A stretch of DNA of 56,874 nucleotides from Planctomycetia bacterium (GTDB lineage Bacteria; Planctomycetota; Planctomycetia; Pirellulales; S012-138). The notes under the pieces were generated by a model. That model did not search any database. It saw nothing but the letters and a program-made list of their open reading frames with translations, and was not told the DNA's origin. Shown piece by piece: positions 8,247 to 16,526 of the stretch. The stretch lies in NCBI GenBank assembly GCA_016177915.1, contig JACOUI010000377.1, forward strand, positions 1 through 56,874, given 5' to 3'. Within the stretch, counting starts at the first letter, position 1, and every line of letters starts with the position of its first letter. Both the position numbers and the translations under genes were made by a program.

Positions 8247-9161
8247 TCAGCACGCGCTGGAAACGACGAACGTCTTCCCCTGCACCCGCGAGCGAATCAA
8301 GGCGCCCAGCCGCCGCGCTTGCCTCGCGCTCTTGCAGACGCCGAAGTAGCTTGTCCCGCTGCCGCTCATCTGGTGGGCGGCGAAACCCAGTCCCTCGAAC
8401 CGGCGGCGCGCCTGCCCGATCCAGGTCGTCAGGCGCCCCGCGGCCTCCTCCAATCGGTTGTAAACGTTTCTCTTGACCTCCCGCAGGTCGCCGCGCCGCA
8501 GGGCCTCGACGAGCGGCCCAGCGGACCGCGGCGACGATGGCACGCGGCAATGTCGATACACATCCGCCGTTGCCAGCCCCTGCGGAGGCTTGACGACGAC
8601 GAAATGCCAACCTCCCAGGCCCGAAAGCGGCCGCACGCGCTCCCCTCGCCCCGTGCACAGGGCTGGCCGGCAAGTCAGGAAGAATGGCGCGTCGCTGCCG
8701 ATCTCGGCGGCGATCGGCGCGAGGACGCGCAGCGGGTAATTGAGGCCCCAGGCGACGTTGGCCGCCAGAAGCGCAGCCGCCGCGTCGCTGGAGCCGCCGC
8801 CCAGTCCGGCCGTCGTCGGGATGCGCTTCACGAGCCGCATGGCCGCGCCGCGCTTCACGCCCGCGCGCTCCCGCAAGAGCAGGACAGCGCGCAGGGCGGT
8901 GTTCGTGGCGTCGGTGGGCACGCGCTCGCCCGGCGATCTCGTTGGGCTGGGTTCTGCCCAGTCGCACGTCAGCGAGATATCTTCCTGACCGCTTGAGCCC
9001 TCCGTAGGACGAAAGAAGAGCGTGTCGTAGAGCGTCACCGGGCACATGAGCGTTTCGATCTCATGGAACCCGTCTTCCCTTGGGCCAAGAACCTCCAGAA
9101 AGAGGTTGAGTTTGGCGGGCGCCCAAACCTCCACCGCGTTTTTTGAGGCGCGGAACTGCAT
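8247..9161 (-). CDS. ispE: 4-diphosphocytidyl-2-C-methyl-D-erythritol kinase
   Basis: ATG 9161 (304 aa). APAKLNLFLEVLGPREDGFHEIETLM and GHMP-kinase motif IPTTAGLGGGSSDAAAALLAAN. Confidence 0.9.
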   Translation of the reverse strand: MQFRASKNAVEVWAPAKLNLFLEVLGPREDGFHEIETLMCPVTLYDTLFFRPTEGSSGQEDISLTCDWAEPSPTRSPGERVPTDATNTALRAVLLLRERAGVKRGAAMRLVKRIPTTAGLGGGSSDAAAALLAANVAWGLNYPLRVLAPIAAEIGSDAPFFLTCRPALCTGRGERVRPLSGLGGWHFVVVKPPQGLATADVYRHCRVPSSPRSAGPLVEALRRGDLREVKRNVYNRLEEAAGRLTTWIGQARRRFEGLGFAAHQMSGSGTSYFGVCKSARQARRLGALIRSRVQGKTFVVSSAC

Positions 9162-9549
9162 GCCGCTTGCGCGCTCCAGAGCGCCACCCGCACGAGCCGC
9201 GTTCCGCTGGGAAAGAAAGGAAACTTCGCATTGACGGGCCGCGGGCCGCTCCGCGGAACGCAGGCGGAAGGTCCGGACGGGGAGAATATAACGCGGGGCG
9301 ATACGGTCGTCAATCAATCGCAGCCGAAAGTTGTTGCGGGCCAATCATTTGTGCTTAGCGCGGCGCCGGCAGCCGCCGCGGAAGGGGCGTCGTGACCGCG
9401 CGTCGGCGGCTGAATTTGGCTGTCGCGGAAACTCGGGCGTGGACGATCGGTTGAATAGTGGGACGGCGCGGCCGCGGCAAACGTTGCCGCTTGCGCGGCC
9501 ATCGGGCAGCCTGGCCGGCCGTCGTCCGGGCGCGAGGCGGCGACGCGAC

Positions 9550-9579
9550 TTGTAACTTGCGCGCCGGGAAAGATAGAAT
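9550..9579 (+). promoter_or_regulatory. Sigma-70-like promoter candidate (TTGTAA-18-TAGAAT) upstream of the FHA gene
   Basis: Read directly. Sits in the 578-nt divergent spacer between ispE and the FHA gene. Confidence 0.25.
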
Positions 9580-9654
9580 TGGAAAGGAAGGCGGCCCGTT
9601 CAGCTTGCGCGGCGGTCGCCGAATCTATGCGGCACGAGTGGCCCGCCGCAGCGA

Positions 9655-9684
9655 GGGATTCGAACTGACGGGAATCGAACTGAC
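9655..9684 (+). repeat. 15-nt tandem duplication GGGATTCGAACTGAC / GGGAATCGAACTGAC
   Basis: Read directly. Lies in the leader of the FHA gene. Confidence 0.85.
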
Positions 9685-9739
9685 ACGTGGCGAACCGCAG
9701 GGGGGCTTGCGGCGCCCAAGGCATTTCGCCGGAAGGCGT

Positions 9740-10420
9740 ATGGCTGCGATCGTTTTGCAAGTCTTGGACGGCACCGACCGCGGGCGGGTGTTCGAGCATC
9801 CCGCCACGCCCATCACCATCGGCCGCGAGGAAGGCAACACCTTCCAGCTCAACGACGAGCGCGTGAGCCGGTACCATCTCAAGATCCAGGAGGACCACGA
9901 AAAGGTCATCCTCACCGACCTGGAGAGCACGAACGGGACGAAGGTGAACGGGGAGGACATCCAGGTCCGCATCCTGCGCTTTGGCGACTTGATCGCGCTG
10001 GGGCGGTCGGTGCTGTTGTTTGGGTCGAAGGAGCAGATCGCGGGGCGGCTGGCCGGCCTGCGAAGCCTGCGGAGCGGGGCGTCGCGGACGATGTCGCCGG
10101 AAGCGGGAACCGGCAACCCCCAGCCCCCGGCGCTGGACTTCGACGTCAGCGCCATGGACGCCGACGCGCGGGCCGTGCTCAATACGATGGAGCCGCCGGC
10201 GCTGCCGGAGCGGCTCAGCCCCGGCCAGGCCGCGCAGCTAGCAGAGATCTTTGAATACTTCCAGATCCAGGTGCGCCAATTGCTGGGCACGGTCCACGTG
10301 GACGAGAAGAGCGAGCGCGTGACGCTCGATTACCAGCGCTGGCAGGCGCTATTGGACATGCAGTTGCGGCTGGCGGGCTACCTCAAGCAGATCGCCGAGC
10401 CGAACTCGCACGTTACGTAG
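9740..10420 (+). CDS. FHA domain-containing protein
   Basis: ATG 9740. ITIGREEGNTFQLNDERVSRYHLKIQEDHEKVILTDLESTNGTKVNGEDI is a canonical FHA core. C-terminal half not recognised. Confidence 0.85.
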   Translation: MAAIVLQVLDGTDRGRVFEHPATPITIGREEGNTFQLNDERVSRYHLKIQEDHEKVILTDLESTNGTKVNGEDIQVRILRFGDLIALGRSVLLFGSKEQIAGRLAGLRSLRSGASRTMSPEAGTGNPQPPALDFDVSAMDADARAVLNTMEPPALPERLSPGQAAQLAEIFEYFQIQVRQLLGTVHVDEKSERVTLDYQRWQALLDMQLRLAGYLKQIAEPNSHVT

Positions 10421-10514
10421 CCCGTAGAAACGAGGTAGAATCGTTGGGATACCCTGCGCCGCGGCGACAAGCGGCCGTCGGCGGACACGAACCCCAGCGG
10501 AAAGGGAGTTTTTC

Positions 10515-10988
10515 ATGCGCAGGCTTTTTGTGTTCGCGGCGATGCTGGCCGTCGGACTTTGGTGCGGCGCGACGGCGGGCTGCAGCTCGGAAACGACGAC
10601 GACGACCAACACCACACCGCCGGATGTGCACGTCGACGAGCACGGGCCTCACGATGGGATGCTCGTGGATCTCGAGGACGGGTACCACGCCGAGCTCTGC
10701 CTGGACGACAAAACGGAGACCGTGACGGTCTACATCCTCGACAAAGACAAGAAGGAAACGCCCGTCGACGCCAAGGAGGTCGTGCTGGAATTCGTCGTCA
10801 ATGAGAAGCCCTACCCTTTCACGCTGCCGGCGGTGGGGGCGAGCGACGACGGGAAGGCCTCGAAGTTCGAGAAGTCGGACCAGGGGCTGGCCGGGTCGCT
10901 GGAGAGCAAGGACGACCTGAAGCCGAAGCTGAAGGTGACGATCGCCGGCGAGGATTCCAGCGTGTCGTTCAAGTTCCATCATCATTAG
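10515..10988 (+). CDS. Small secreted/lipoprotein-like protein with His-rich features
   Basis: Signal-like MRRLFVFAAMLAVGLWCGATAGCSSE; HVDEHGPHDG and C-terminal FKFHHH. Family not recognised. Confidence 0.65.
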   Translation: MRRLFVFAAMLAVGLWCGATAGCSSETTTTTNTTPPDVHVDEHGPHDGMLVDLEDGYHAELCLDDKTETVTVYILDKDKKETPVDAKEVVLEFVVNEKPYPFTLPAVGASDDGKASKFEKSDQGLAGSLESKDDLKPKLKVTIAGEDSSVSFKFHHH

Positions 10989-10994
10989 CCCAAG

Positions 10995-11016
10995 CCCGCC
11001 GGCTGCGTCCGGCGGG
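10995..11016 (+). terminator. Hairpin CCCGCCGG-CTGCGT-CCGGCGGG after the small secreted protein gene
   Basis: Perfect 8-bp GC stem 7 nt after stop 10988. No U tract. Confidence 0.3.
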
Positions 11017-11290
11017 ACAGGCGACTGGCTGCGGCTCAGAATGAGACGAGCCGATGGCTCCCGTTCGACCATGAATACGTCGAGCGACCCGCTACAGCGT
11101 TTTTGCGCTGGCTGCATTTTTCGCCTTGGAACGCAGCATCGTACGGATTTGGCCTGATCGAACTTATCCCTTTGCCGCACTTCCAATAGCGGCTGGCGCG
11201 AGGCCGACGAGTCTGCGCTTTTTGCGCACTCGGCGCGGCATGTGCTGCTGGGGCAGCCAGGGGGAGTGCCGGCCAAAAAGCAGTCGGAAG

Positions 11291-12928
11291 ATGCAGGACT
11301 CTCTGCTGGGTTCCTTCGCCCTCGAACAGTGCCTGGGGTCGGGCAGCACGGGGACAGTCTATAGCGCCACGCACGTGGAGGCGCGGAAGCTCGTCGCCGT
11401 CAAGATCCTGCGGCCGGACCTCGTCTCCCGGCTCGTGTCGAGCGAGATGGCGATGGCGGAATTCCTGGGGCACTTGAAGAACCTCCGCCTGCTCGCGCAC
11501 CCCGGCATCGCGCGCTATTACGGGGGCGGCCGGGCGGACCACGACGTGTACCTGGTCACGGAGCTGGTCCACGGCGAGCCATTGGCGGCAAGGCTCGCGC
11601 GCTGCGGCCGGCTGGAGTTGGACGTCGTGCTGCGCTATGCCGCGGCCATCTGCGACGCGCTGCAATCCGCGCAGACGCGCGGCTTCCTGCATCGCAACCT
11701 CTCAGCCGCGAACGTCCTCGTGACCGACGACGTGACCGACGAGGGACAAATCAAGCTCACGGACTTCGGCATCGCCGGCGTAACGTACGGCTATCGCGCG
11801 GAAGGAGCGCCGCGCGTGACGGGAAACCCCGCCTATCTGTCGCCGGAGCAATTGCGCGGGGAGCCGGGCACGGCGCGGTCGGACGTCTACGCGCTCGGCG
11901 TCCTGTTGTTTCAGATGCTCTCGGGGAAGTTGCCCAAGCACCCGGCGGACGGGCACGGGGAGCCGCCGCACATTTCGTCGCTGGTGATGGACTGCCCCGT
12001 GTGGCTCGATGCGCTCGTGACGCAGATGCTCCAGCGCGATCCGGACAAGCGGCCGCGGGACGCAGGCGCCGTGGCCGTGGCGCTCGAGGAAGTGCAGCAG
12101 AACATGGCGGCGGGCCTGGGAGTGACGGCGCACGCGGCGGCCGGACAGCTCAGCCTGCTCAAGGTGCCCCAGGAGCGGGCGGAGCAAAACCAGCTTTTGG
12201 GACGGAAGAGGCCGCGCAAAAAAGTGCCGCTCTATCGGCAGGCCTGGCTGCGGGCGGTGGGCCTTGCGGGGGGGATCGTGCTGATTGTCGGCGCGATCGT
12301 GTGGGGCGTGTGGCCGCCGGGCGAAGAGGAGCTGTTCGCCAAGGCGCAGGCCCTGATGGCCACGGGCGATGTGGACAAATGGCAGGAAGCGAAAGCGAAT
12401 TACCTGGGGCCGCTGCGCGAGCGATTTCCCGCGGGGAAGCACGCGGTCAAGGTGCAGGAGTACCTCGACCAGATCGAGATGGACGAGGCGGAGCGGCGGA
12501 TGAACGTCCATCTCCGCCTGCGCCGGCCGCCGAAGAGCGAAGGCGAACGGCTTTACATCGACGCCTTGGAATTCGAGCAGTTTGGAGACCGCAGGACGGC
12601 GCTGGAGAAGTACGACGGACTCGCGAGGCTCCTGGCCGGGCGCGACGACGCGCGCGGGTACGTCAACCTGGCGAAACGGCAGATGGGGCGATTCGCAAAG
12701 GAGGGCAAGCCGCCCGTCGAGCGGCCGCAATTCGTCGAGGCGAAGCTGGCCGAAGCGGACAAGCTCCTGGCCGAGGGGGACCGCCCGGCGGCGGCGAAGA
12801 TCTGGCAAAGCATCGTCGCCCTCTACGGCGGCTACCCGGAATTGCGTTCGCTGGTTGAGCGGGCACAGGAGCGCCTGGCGGCGGACGAGAAGGGGACGCG
12901 CGCTTTGCCGCCGGGGGCCGTGCCGTAG
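11291..12928 (+). CDS. Hanks-type Ser/Thr protein kinase-like protein (probable pseudokinase), one TM, C-terminal helical-repeat domain
   Basis: ATG 11291. LGSGSTGTVYSA (G-loop), LVAVKIL, DFG and SPE are present, but the catalytic loop reads HRNLSAAN (11690-11713) instead of HRDLKPxN. TM segment AWLRAVGLAGGIVLIVGAIVWGVW. Confidence 0.85.
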   Translation: MQDSLLGSFALEQCLGSGSTGTVYSATHVEARKLVAVKILRPDLVSRLVSSEMAMAEFLGHLKNLRLLAHPGIARYYGGGRADHDVYLVTELVHGEPLAARLARCGRLELDVVLRYAAAICDALQSAQTRGFLHRNLSAANVLVTDDVTDEGQIKLTDFGIAGVTYGYRAEGAPRVTGNPAYLSPEQLRGEPGTARSDVYALGVLLFQMLSGKLPKHPADGHGEPPHISSLVMDCPVWLDALVTQMLQRDPDKRPRDAGAVAVALEEVQQNMAAGLGVTAHAAAGQLSLLKVPQERAEQNQLLGRKRPRKKVPLYRQAWLRAVGLAGGIVLIVGAIVWGVWPPGEEELFAKAQALMATGDVDKWQEAKANYLGPLRERFPAGKHAVKVQEYLDQIEMDEAERRMNVHLRLRRPPKSEGERLYIDALEFEQFGDRRTALEKYDGLARLLAGRDDARGYVNLAKRQMGRFAKEGKPPVERPQFVEAKLAEADKLLAEGDRPAAAKIWQSIVALYGGYPELRSLVERAQERLAADEKGTRALPPGAVP

Positions 12929-13097
12929 GAAAGTAGGGTGCCGCTGCGCCGTCCCGAAAAGGCGCATTCCCCGAAGCGGTTACCTAGCGCAAGGCGCTCT
13001 TCTCGCCCCCGAAAATGCTCTTGGGGCGCCGCGCGACGTGAGTTACTCTCCGCGACGCAGTGTGCCGCATTGGTGCCAGCGTTGCCAGCGTCGCTTC

Positions 13098-13179
13098 GTA
13101 GCCATCAAGCCGCCGCGTAGTGCGGCCTCGTCTCGCGGAGCGAGACGGCTACTACCGCAGGCGGGCCGCCTGCCCTACG
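13098..13179. repeat. REP-like units: degenerate GTAGCCATCAAGCC..., CGTCTCGCGGAGCGAGACGG-CTAC (13129-13152), and GCAGGCGGGCCGCCTGCC-CTAC
   Basis: Two different palindrome families adjacent to each other, between the kinase-like gene and the methyltransferase. Confidence 0.8.
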
Positions 13180-13190
13180 GGAATCGCCCG

Positions 13191-13940
13191 ATGGTCCCCC
13201 TTTCCGACCAGCAGCTTGCCGACTTTCAAAAACTGCTCGACTGGAAAACCGGCATCCGGCTGCCCGACGGCCGCGTGCTGGGCGTGCCGCGCAAAGGGCG
13301 CTCGATTCTGGAGGGAATCGATCCCCGCGTCCGCTACGTCGCCGAGAAGCTAAAGCCCGCCGAGAAAACGCTGCTGGAGGTCGGCTGCCTGGAGGGGACG
13401 TTCACGGTGCAGCTTGCGAAGTTCTGCCGCAGCGTGACGGCCATTGACATCCGACCCAAAAACGTCCTTTGCACGCTAACGAACCTCTTCATCCACGACC
13501 TCCACAACGTGCAGGTGAAGCTGGCCGATGCGCGCGAGTTGACCACGAAGTTCGGCACGTTCGACGTCATCTTCCACCTGGGCGTGCTCTATCACCTGAT
13601 GGACCCCGTCGGGCACCTTTTCAAGCTGGCCGGCATGTGCCGCGAGCTGGTGCTGGACACGCACGTGTGCCTGGATGACACGCGGATGAAGCGGGCGGAC
13701 GTCGTGCATCGCGGCAAGACGTATCGCGCCCATCGCTACAAGGAACGCGGCTGGAAGGACGTGTTTTCCGGGGCCGATAACGAGTCGCGCTGGCTGCACT
13801 ACGACGCCTTGCGCGAGGCCCTTTCCGACGCGGGCTTTGCGTCGGCCGAGGTCGTGCAGGAGCGCAGCGAGCCGAACGGGCCGCGCGTGTGGCTGCTGGC
13901 CCGGCGGGCGGAAGCTAGCAGCGCCGTCCGGGCGGCGTGA
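13191..13940 (+). CDS. Class I SAM-dependent methyltransferase
   Basis: ATG 13191 (249 aa). LLEVGCLEGTFT (motif I-like) and FDVIFHLGVLYHLMDP. The upstream part of ORF 12582..13940 overlaps the kinase 3' end and REP repeats. Confidence 0.8.
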   Translation: MVPLSDQQLADFQKLLDWKTGIRLPDGRVLGVPRKGRSILEGIDPRVRYVAEKLKPAEKTLLEVGCLEGTFTVQLAKFCRSVTAIDIRPKNVLCTLTNLFIHDLHNVQVKLADARELTTKFGTFDVIFHLGVLYHLMDPVGHLFKLAGMCRELVLDTHVCLDDTRMKRADVVHRGKTYRAHRYKERGWKDVFSGADNESRWLHYDALREALSDAGFASAEVVQERSEPNGPRVWLLARRAEASSAVRAA

Positions 13941-13968
13941 TAGGAGCGCCTTTTTGTCGCCTGAGTTT

Positions 13969-14078
13969 GTAGTGCCCGATTTATCGGGTCCCAAAGGAGT
14001 TCGTAGTGACCCGATTCATCGGGTCCCGGCGGGCGTAACATGGTTGAGGACGAAGGACCGCATGAATGCGGTCACTAC
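13969..14078. repeat. REP-like units GTAG-TGCCCGATTTATCGGGTC, GTAG-TGACCCGATTCATCGGGTC, and inverted GACCGCATGAATGCGGTCA-CTAC
   Basis: Three units at 13969-13990, 14003-14025 and 14056-14078. The third has a different stem sequence with the same architecture. Confidence 0.8.
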
Positions 14079-14101
14079 GAACGCGGTACTCCAACGGATG
14101 C

Positions 14102-15280
14102 ATGGATGCCATGAACGCGATTCCCGATGTGCCAGTGCCCCTTTTCGACGTGCAGCGGCAGTACCGCCAGATTCGCTGGGACGTTTTGGCGGCGCTGGAG
14201 AGCGTGGCGGCGTCCGGAAGGTACATTCTGGGCCCGCCCTGCCAGCAGCTTGAAGCGGAGATCGCCGCCTACTGCGGGACGGCCCACGCCGTCGGCTGCG
14301 CCTCCGGCAGCGACGCGGTGCTGTTGGCGCTGCAAGCGCTGGGCATCGGACCGGGAGACGAGGTCATCGTCCCCAGCTACACCTTTTTTGCCACGGCCAG
14401 CGCCGTGACGCGCCTCGGCGCCCGGCCGGTGTTCGTGGACATCGAGCCAAAACACTTCAACATCGACCCGGCGGCGATCGAGGCGGCGATTACGCCCGCT
14501 ACGAAGGCGATCGTTCCGGTGCACCTGTTCGGCCAGTGCGCCGACATGGAGGCGATCGCCGCGCGGCACGGCATCCCAGTCATTGACGACGCCGCGCAGG
14601 CCATCGGCGCGCAACATCTTGGCCGCCGGGCCGGCTCGCTCGGCGTCGTCGGCTGCTTCAGCTTCTATCCCACCAAAAACCTCGGCGCCATGGGCGACGG
14701 CGGCATGCTGACGACCTCTGACGCCGCCCTGGCCGAGCGGCTGCGACTGCTGCGCACGCACGGCATGCAGCCGCGGTACCATCACAAGGTGGTGGGCATC
14801 AACAGCCGGCTCGATTCGATCCAGGCGGCCGTGCTGCTGGTGAAGATGAAGTACCTCGACGAGTGGACCGCCCGCCGCCGCGAAAACGCCGCCCGCTACG
14901 ACCAGCTTTTCGCCGCAGAGGGCCTCGTCGGCCGCGTCGCGTTGCCCAGCGAGTCGCCGGGCAACTTCCACATTTGGAACCAGTACGTGATTCGCGTGCC
15001 GGCCGAAAAGCGCGACAAGCTCCACGAGCACCTGGCCGCGCACAACGTGGGCACGGAAATCTACTACCCCGTGCCGCTGCACCACCAGCCGTGTTTCCGG
15101 GAGCTGGGCTACGGCGACGTTTCGCTGCCCGTGTCGGAGCAGGCGGCGCGGGAGACGATTGCGCTGCCGATCTTCCCGGAGCTGACGGCGGAGGAGCAAC
15201 AGGTCGTGGTGGGGAGGATCGGGCAGTTTTTCGCACAGCGGGCGACGGGGACGGCGCATTCACTCCCGCAGGCGGCGTAG
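14102..15280 (+). CDS. DegT/DnrJ/EryC1/StrS-family sugar aminotransferase
   Basis: In-frame ATGs at 14102 and 14111. LFDVQRQY, GCASGSDA, and FYPTKNLGAMGDGGMLTT (PLP lysine context). Confidence 0.9.
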   Translation: MDAMNAIPDVPVPLFDVQRQYRQIRWDVLAALESVAASGRYILGPPCQQLEAEIAAYCGTAHAVGCASGSDAVLLALQALGIGPGDEVIVPSYTFFATASAVTRLGARPVFVDIEPKHFNIDPAAIEAAITPATKAIVPVHLFGQCADMEAIAARHGIPVIDDAAQAIGAQHLGRRAGSLGVVGCFSFYPTKNLGAMGDGGMLTTSDAALAERLRLLRTHGMQPRYHHKVVGINSRLDSIQAAVLLVKMKYLDEWTARRRENAARYDQLFAAEGLVGRVALPSESPGNFHIWNQYVIRVPAEKRDKLHEHLAAHNVGTEIYYPVPLHHQPCFRELGYGDVSLPVSEQAARETIALPIFPELTAEEQQVVVGRIGQFFAQRATGTAHSLPQAA

Positions 15281-15281
15281 C

Positions 15282-15428
15282 ACACTAACCCGACGCGCCA
15301 GCGAGGGGAAGGGCGAGCGGGGCGCGCCGTGCCACGCGCCCGGCGCGCGGTCGATCTCGCCGACGGGGCGGATGATGTTCGCCAACGGGATCCGCCCACC
15401 TCTCTCGCTTGCGCTTCGGGTTAGTGTA
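15282..15428. repeat. 30-nt family: inverted unit (15282-15308) and direct unit (15401-15428)
   Basis: ACACTAACCCGACGCGCCAGCGAGGGG and CTCTCGCTTGCGCTTCGGGTTAGTGT. Lies between the convergent DegT and folK genes. Confidence 0.85.
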
Positions 15429-15436
15429 GCGCCCGT

Positions 15437-16450
15437 TCACGCCAGCGGCTGCATGGCCTCGATCGCGCCGACGATCTCGAACGCCGCGCGCGCGGCGAAG
15501 ACGCGCAAGGCGGGCGGCAATCCAGGGCGATAGCAAACACGCTCCAAAGCGTCCGTGTATTTCACCGGCGATTGGTCGAAGGCAGGGCCCAGCTTGCTGC
15601 GTGTCTCCAACCGTACGAAGAGCTTTGGGCGCACGATGTTCTTCCGGCAGTTCTCGCAGAGCGAATCGATCGTTTCGGCATGGATCGGCCATAAGAACGC
15701 CTCGGCCCAAGCCAGGAGTTCGTCCCACCAGAAGTCGGCCACCGTCCAACCCGCTGCCGGCCAGCGCGATGCGTCGAGCGATGCGGCCCAGGCGGCCAGC
15801 GTTTCTTTGGCGGACTCAAGCAGCCTGGCGCTCTCCCTTCTTACCGCTTGGGGAAGATCAACCGGAGCTTTGAGCAGCCGCGCCGGCAGCGCCCGCGAAG
15901 CCAAGGCATCGACCACCGAAGATGCGAGCCCGCGATTGAGGGCGCGGGACCTCAACGACGGGCTGGCGATGGCCACGAGGTTTGCCGACTGGTCCAAATG
16001 CGACAGCAACTCCGCAAGGGTCAACCCGCAGTTCGGATGCACCATTTCCGCTGCGATTTCGCAGGCCGGCTCAAGGACGAACCGCCGGAAGCTCATTCGC
16101 GGATGCGGAACGAGGAGATCCTCAGTGTCGATCACGGCGTCGTCGAACAGCAAAAGGTCCAGGTCGATCGTGCGCGCCGCCCAGCGGACGTGCCGCTGCC
16201 GGCCGAGTTGTTCTTCGATGCGGTGCAGCACCGCCGCCAACTCGTGCGGGCTCTTAGTCGTTTCAAGCAGCACAGCGCCGTTGAGAAACGGCGCCTGGCC
16301 TGCCGGGCCGCCGGCCGGGCGGGACTCGACAAGGCGGCTTCGCGCGCGAACCACGATGTTGGGTTCGCGCGCAAGGCGCTCGGTGGCGGCGGCGAGCGTG
16401 GCCGCGCGGTCGCCCAGGTTCGAGCCGAGGCTGACGAGCGCCAGGGACAT
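15437..16450 (-). CDS. folK: HPPK (2-amino-4-hydroxy-6-hydroxymethyldihydropteridine diphosphokinase) with about 170-aa C-terminal extension
   Basis: ATG 16450. LVSLGSNLGDR ... RWAARTIDLDLLLF ... LLVPHPRMSFRRFVLEP are HPPK motifs. The extra C-terminal domain resembles a deoxynucleoside-kinase fold without a P-loop. Confidence 0.85.
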   Translation of the reverse strand: MSLALVSLGSNLGDRAATLAAATERLAREPNIVVRARSRLVESRPAGGPAGQAPFLNGAVLLETTKSPHELAAVLHRIEEQLGRQRHVRWAARTIDLDLLLFDDAVIDTEDLLVPHPRMSFRRFVLEPACEIAAEMVHPNCGLTLAELLSHLDQSANLVAIASPSLRSRALNRGLASSVVDALASRALPARLLKAPVDLPQAVRRESARLLESAKETLAAWAASLDASRWPAAGWTVADFWWDELLAWAEAFLWPIHAETIDSLCENCRKNIVRPKLFVRLETRSKLGPAFDQSPVKYTDALERVCYRPGLPPALRVFAARAAFEIVGAIEAMQPLA

Positions 16451-16470
16451 ACTGGCAGCGTCGCCCCAGC

Positions 16471-16526
16471 GCAGCAAAAAGTCAATCGCGCAGCAAAAAG
16501 TCAATCGCTCGGCAAAAAGCAATCGC
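16471..16526. repeat. Perfect 19-nt tandem duplication GCAGCAAAAAGTCAATCGC x2 plus a degenerate third unit
   Basis: 16471-16489 and 16490-16508 are identical. 16511-16526 reads GGCAAAAAGCAATCGC. Lies 21 nt upstream of the folK ATG (minus strand), where each unit reads GCGATTGACTTTTTGCTGC. Confidence 0.9.

Noticed and set aside
9655-9684. tRNA-like T-arm sequence (GGATTCGAAC, reverse complement GTTCGAATCC).
   Set aside because: The flanking bases do not form a T stem or an acceptor stem on either strand. The element is a 15-nt tandem duplication, not a cloverleaf.
12582-13190. Upstream 203 codons of ORF 12582..13940.
   Set aside because: This part overlaps the 3' end of the kinase-like gene in another frame and then crosses REP repeats. 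Its composition is R/S/G-rich, and methyltransferase motifs begin only after ATG 13191.
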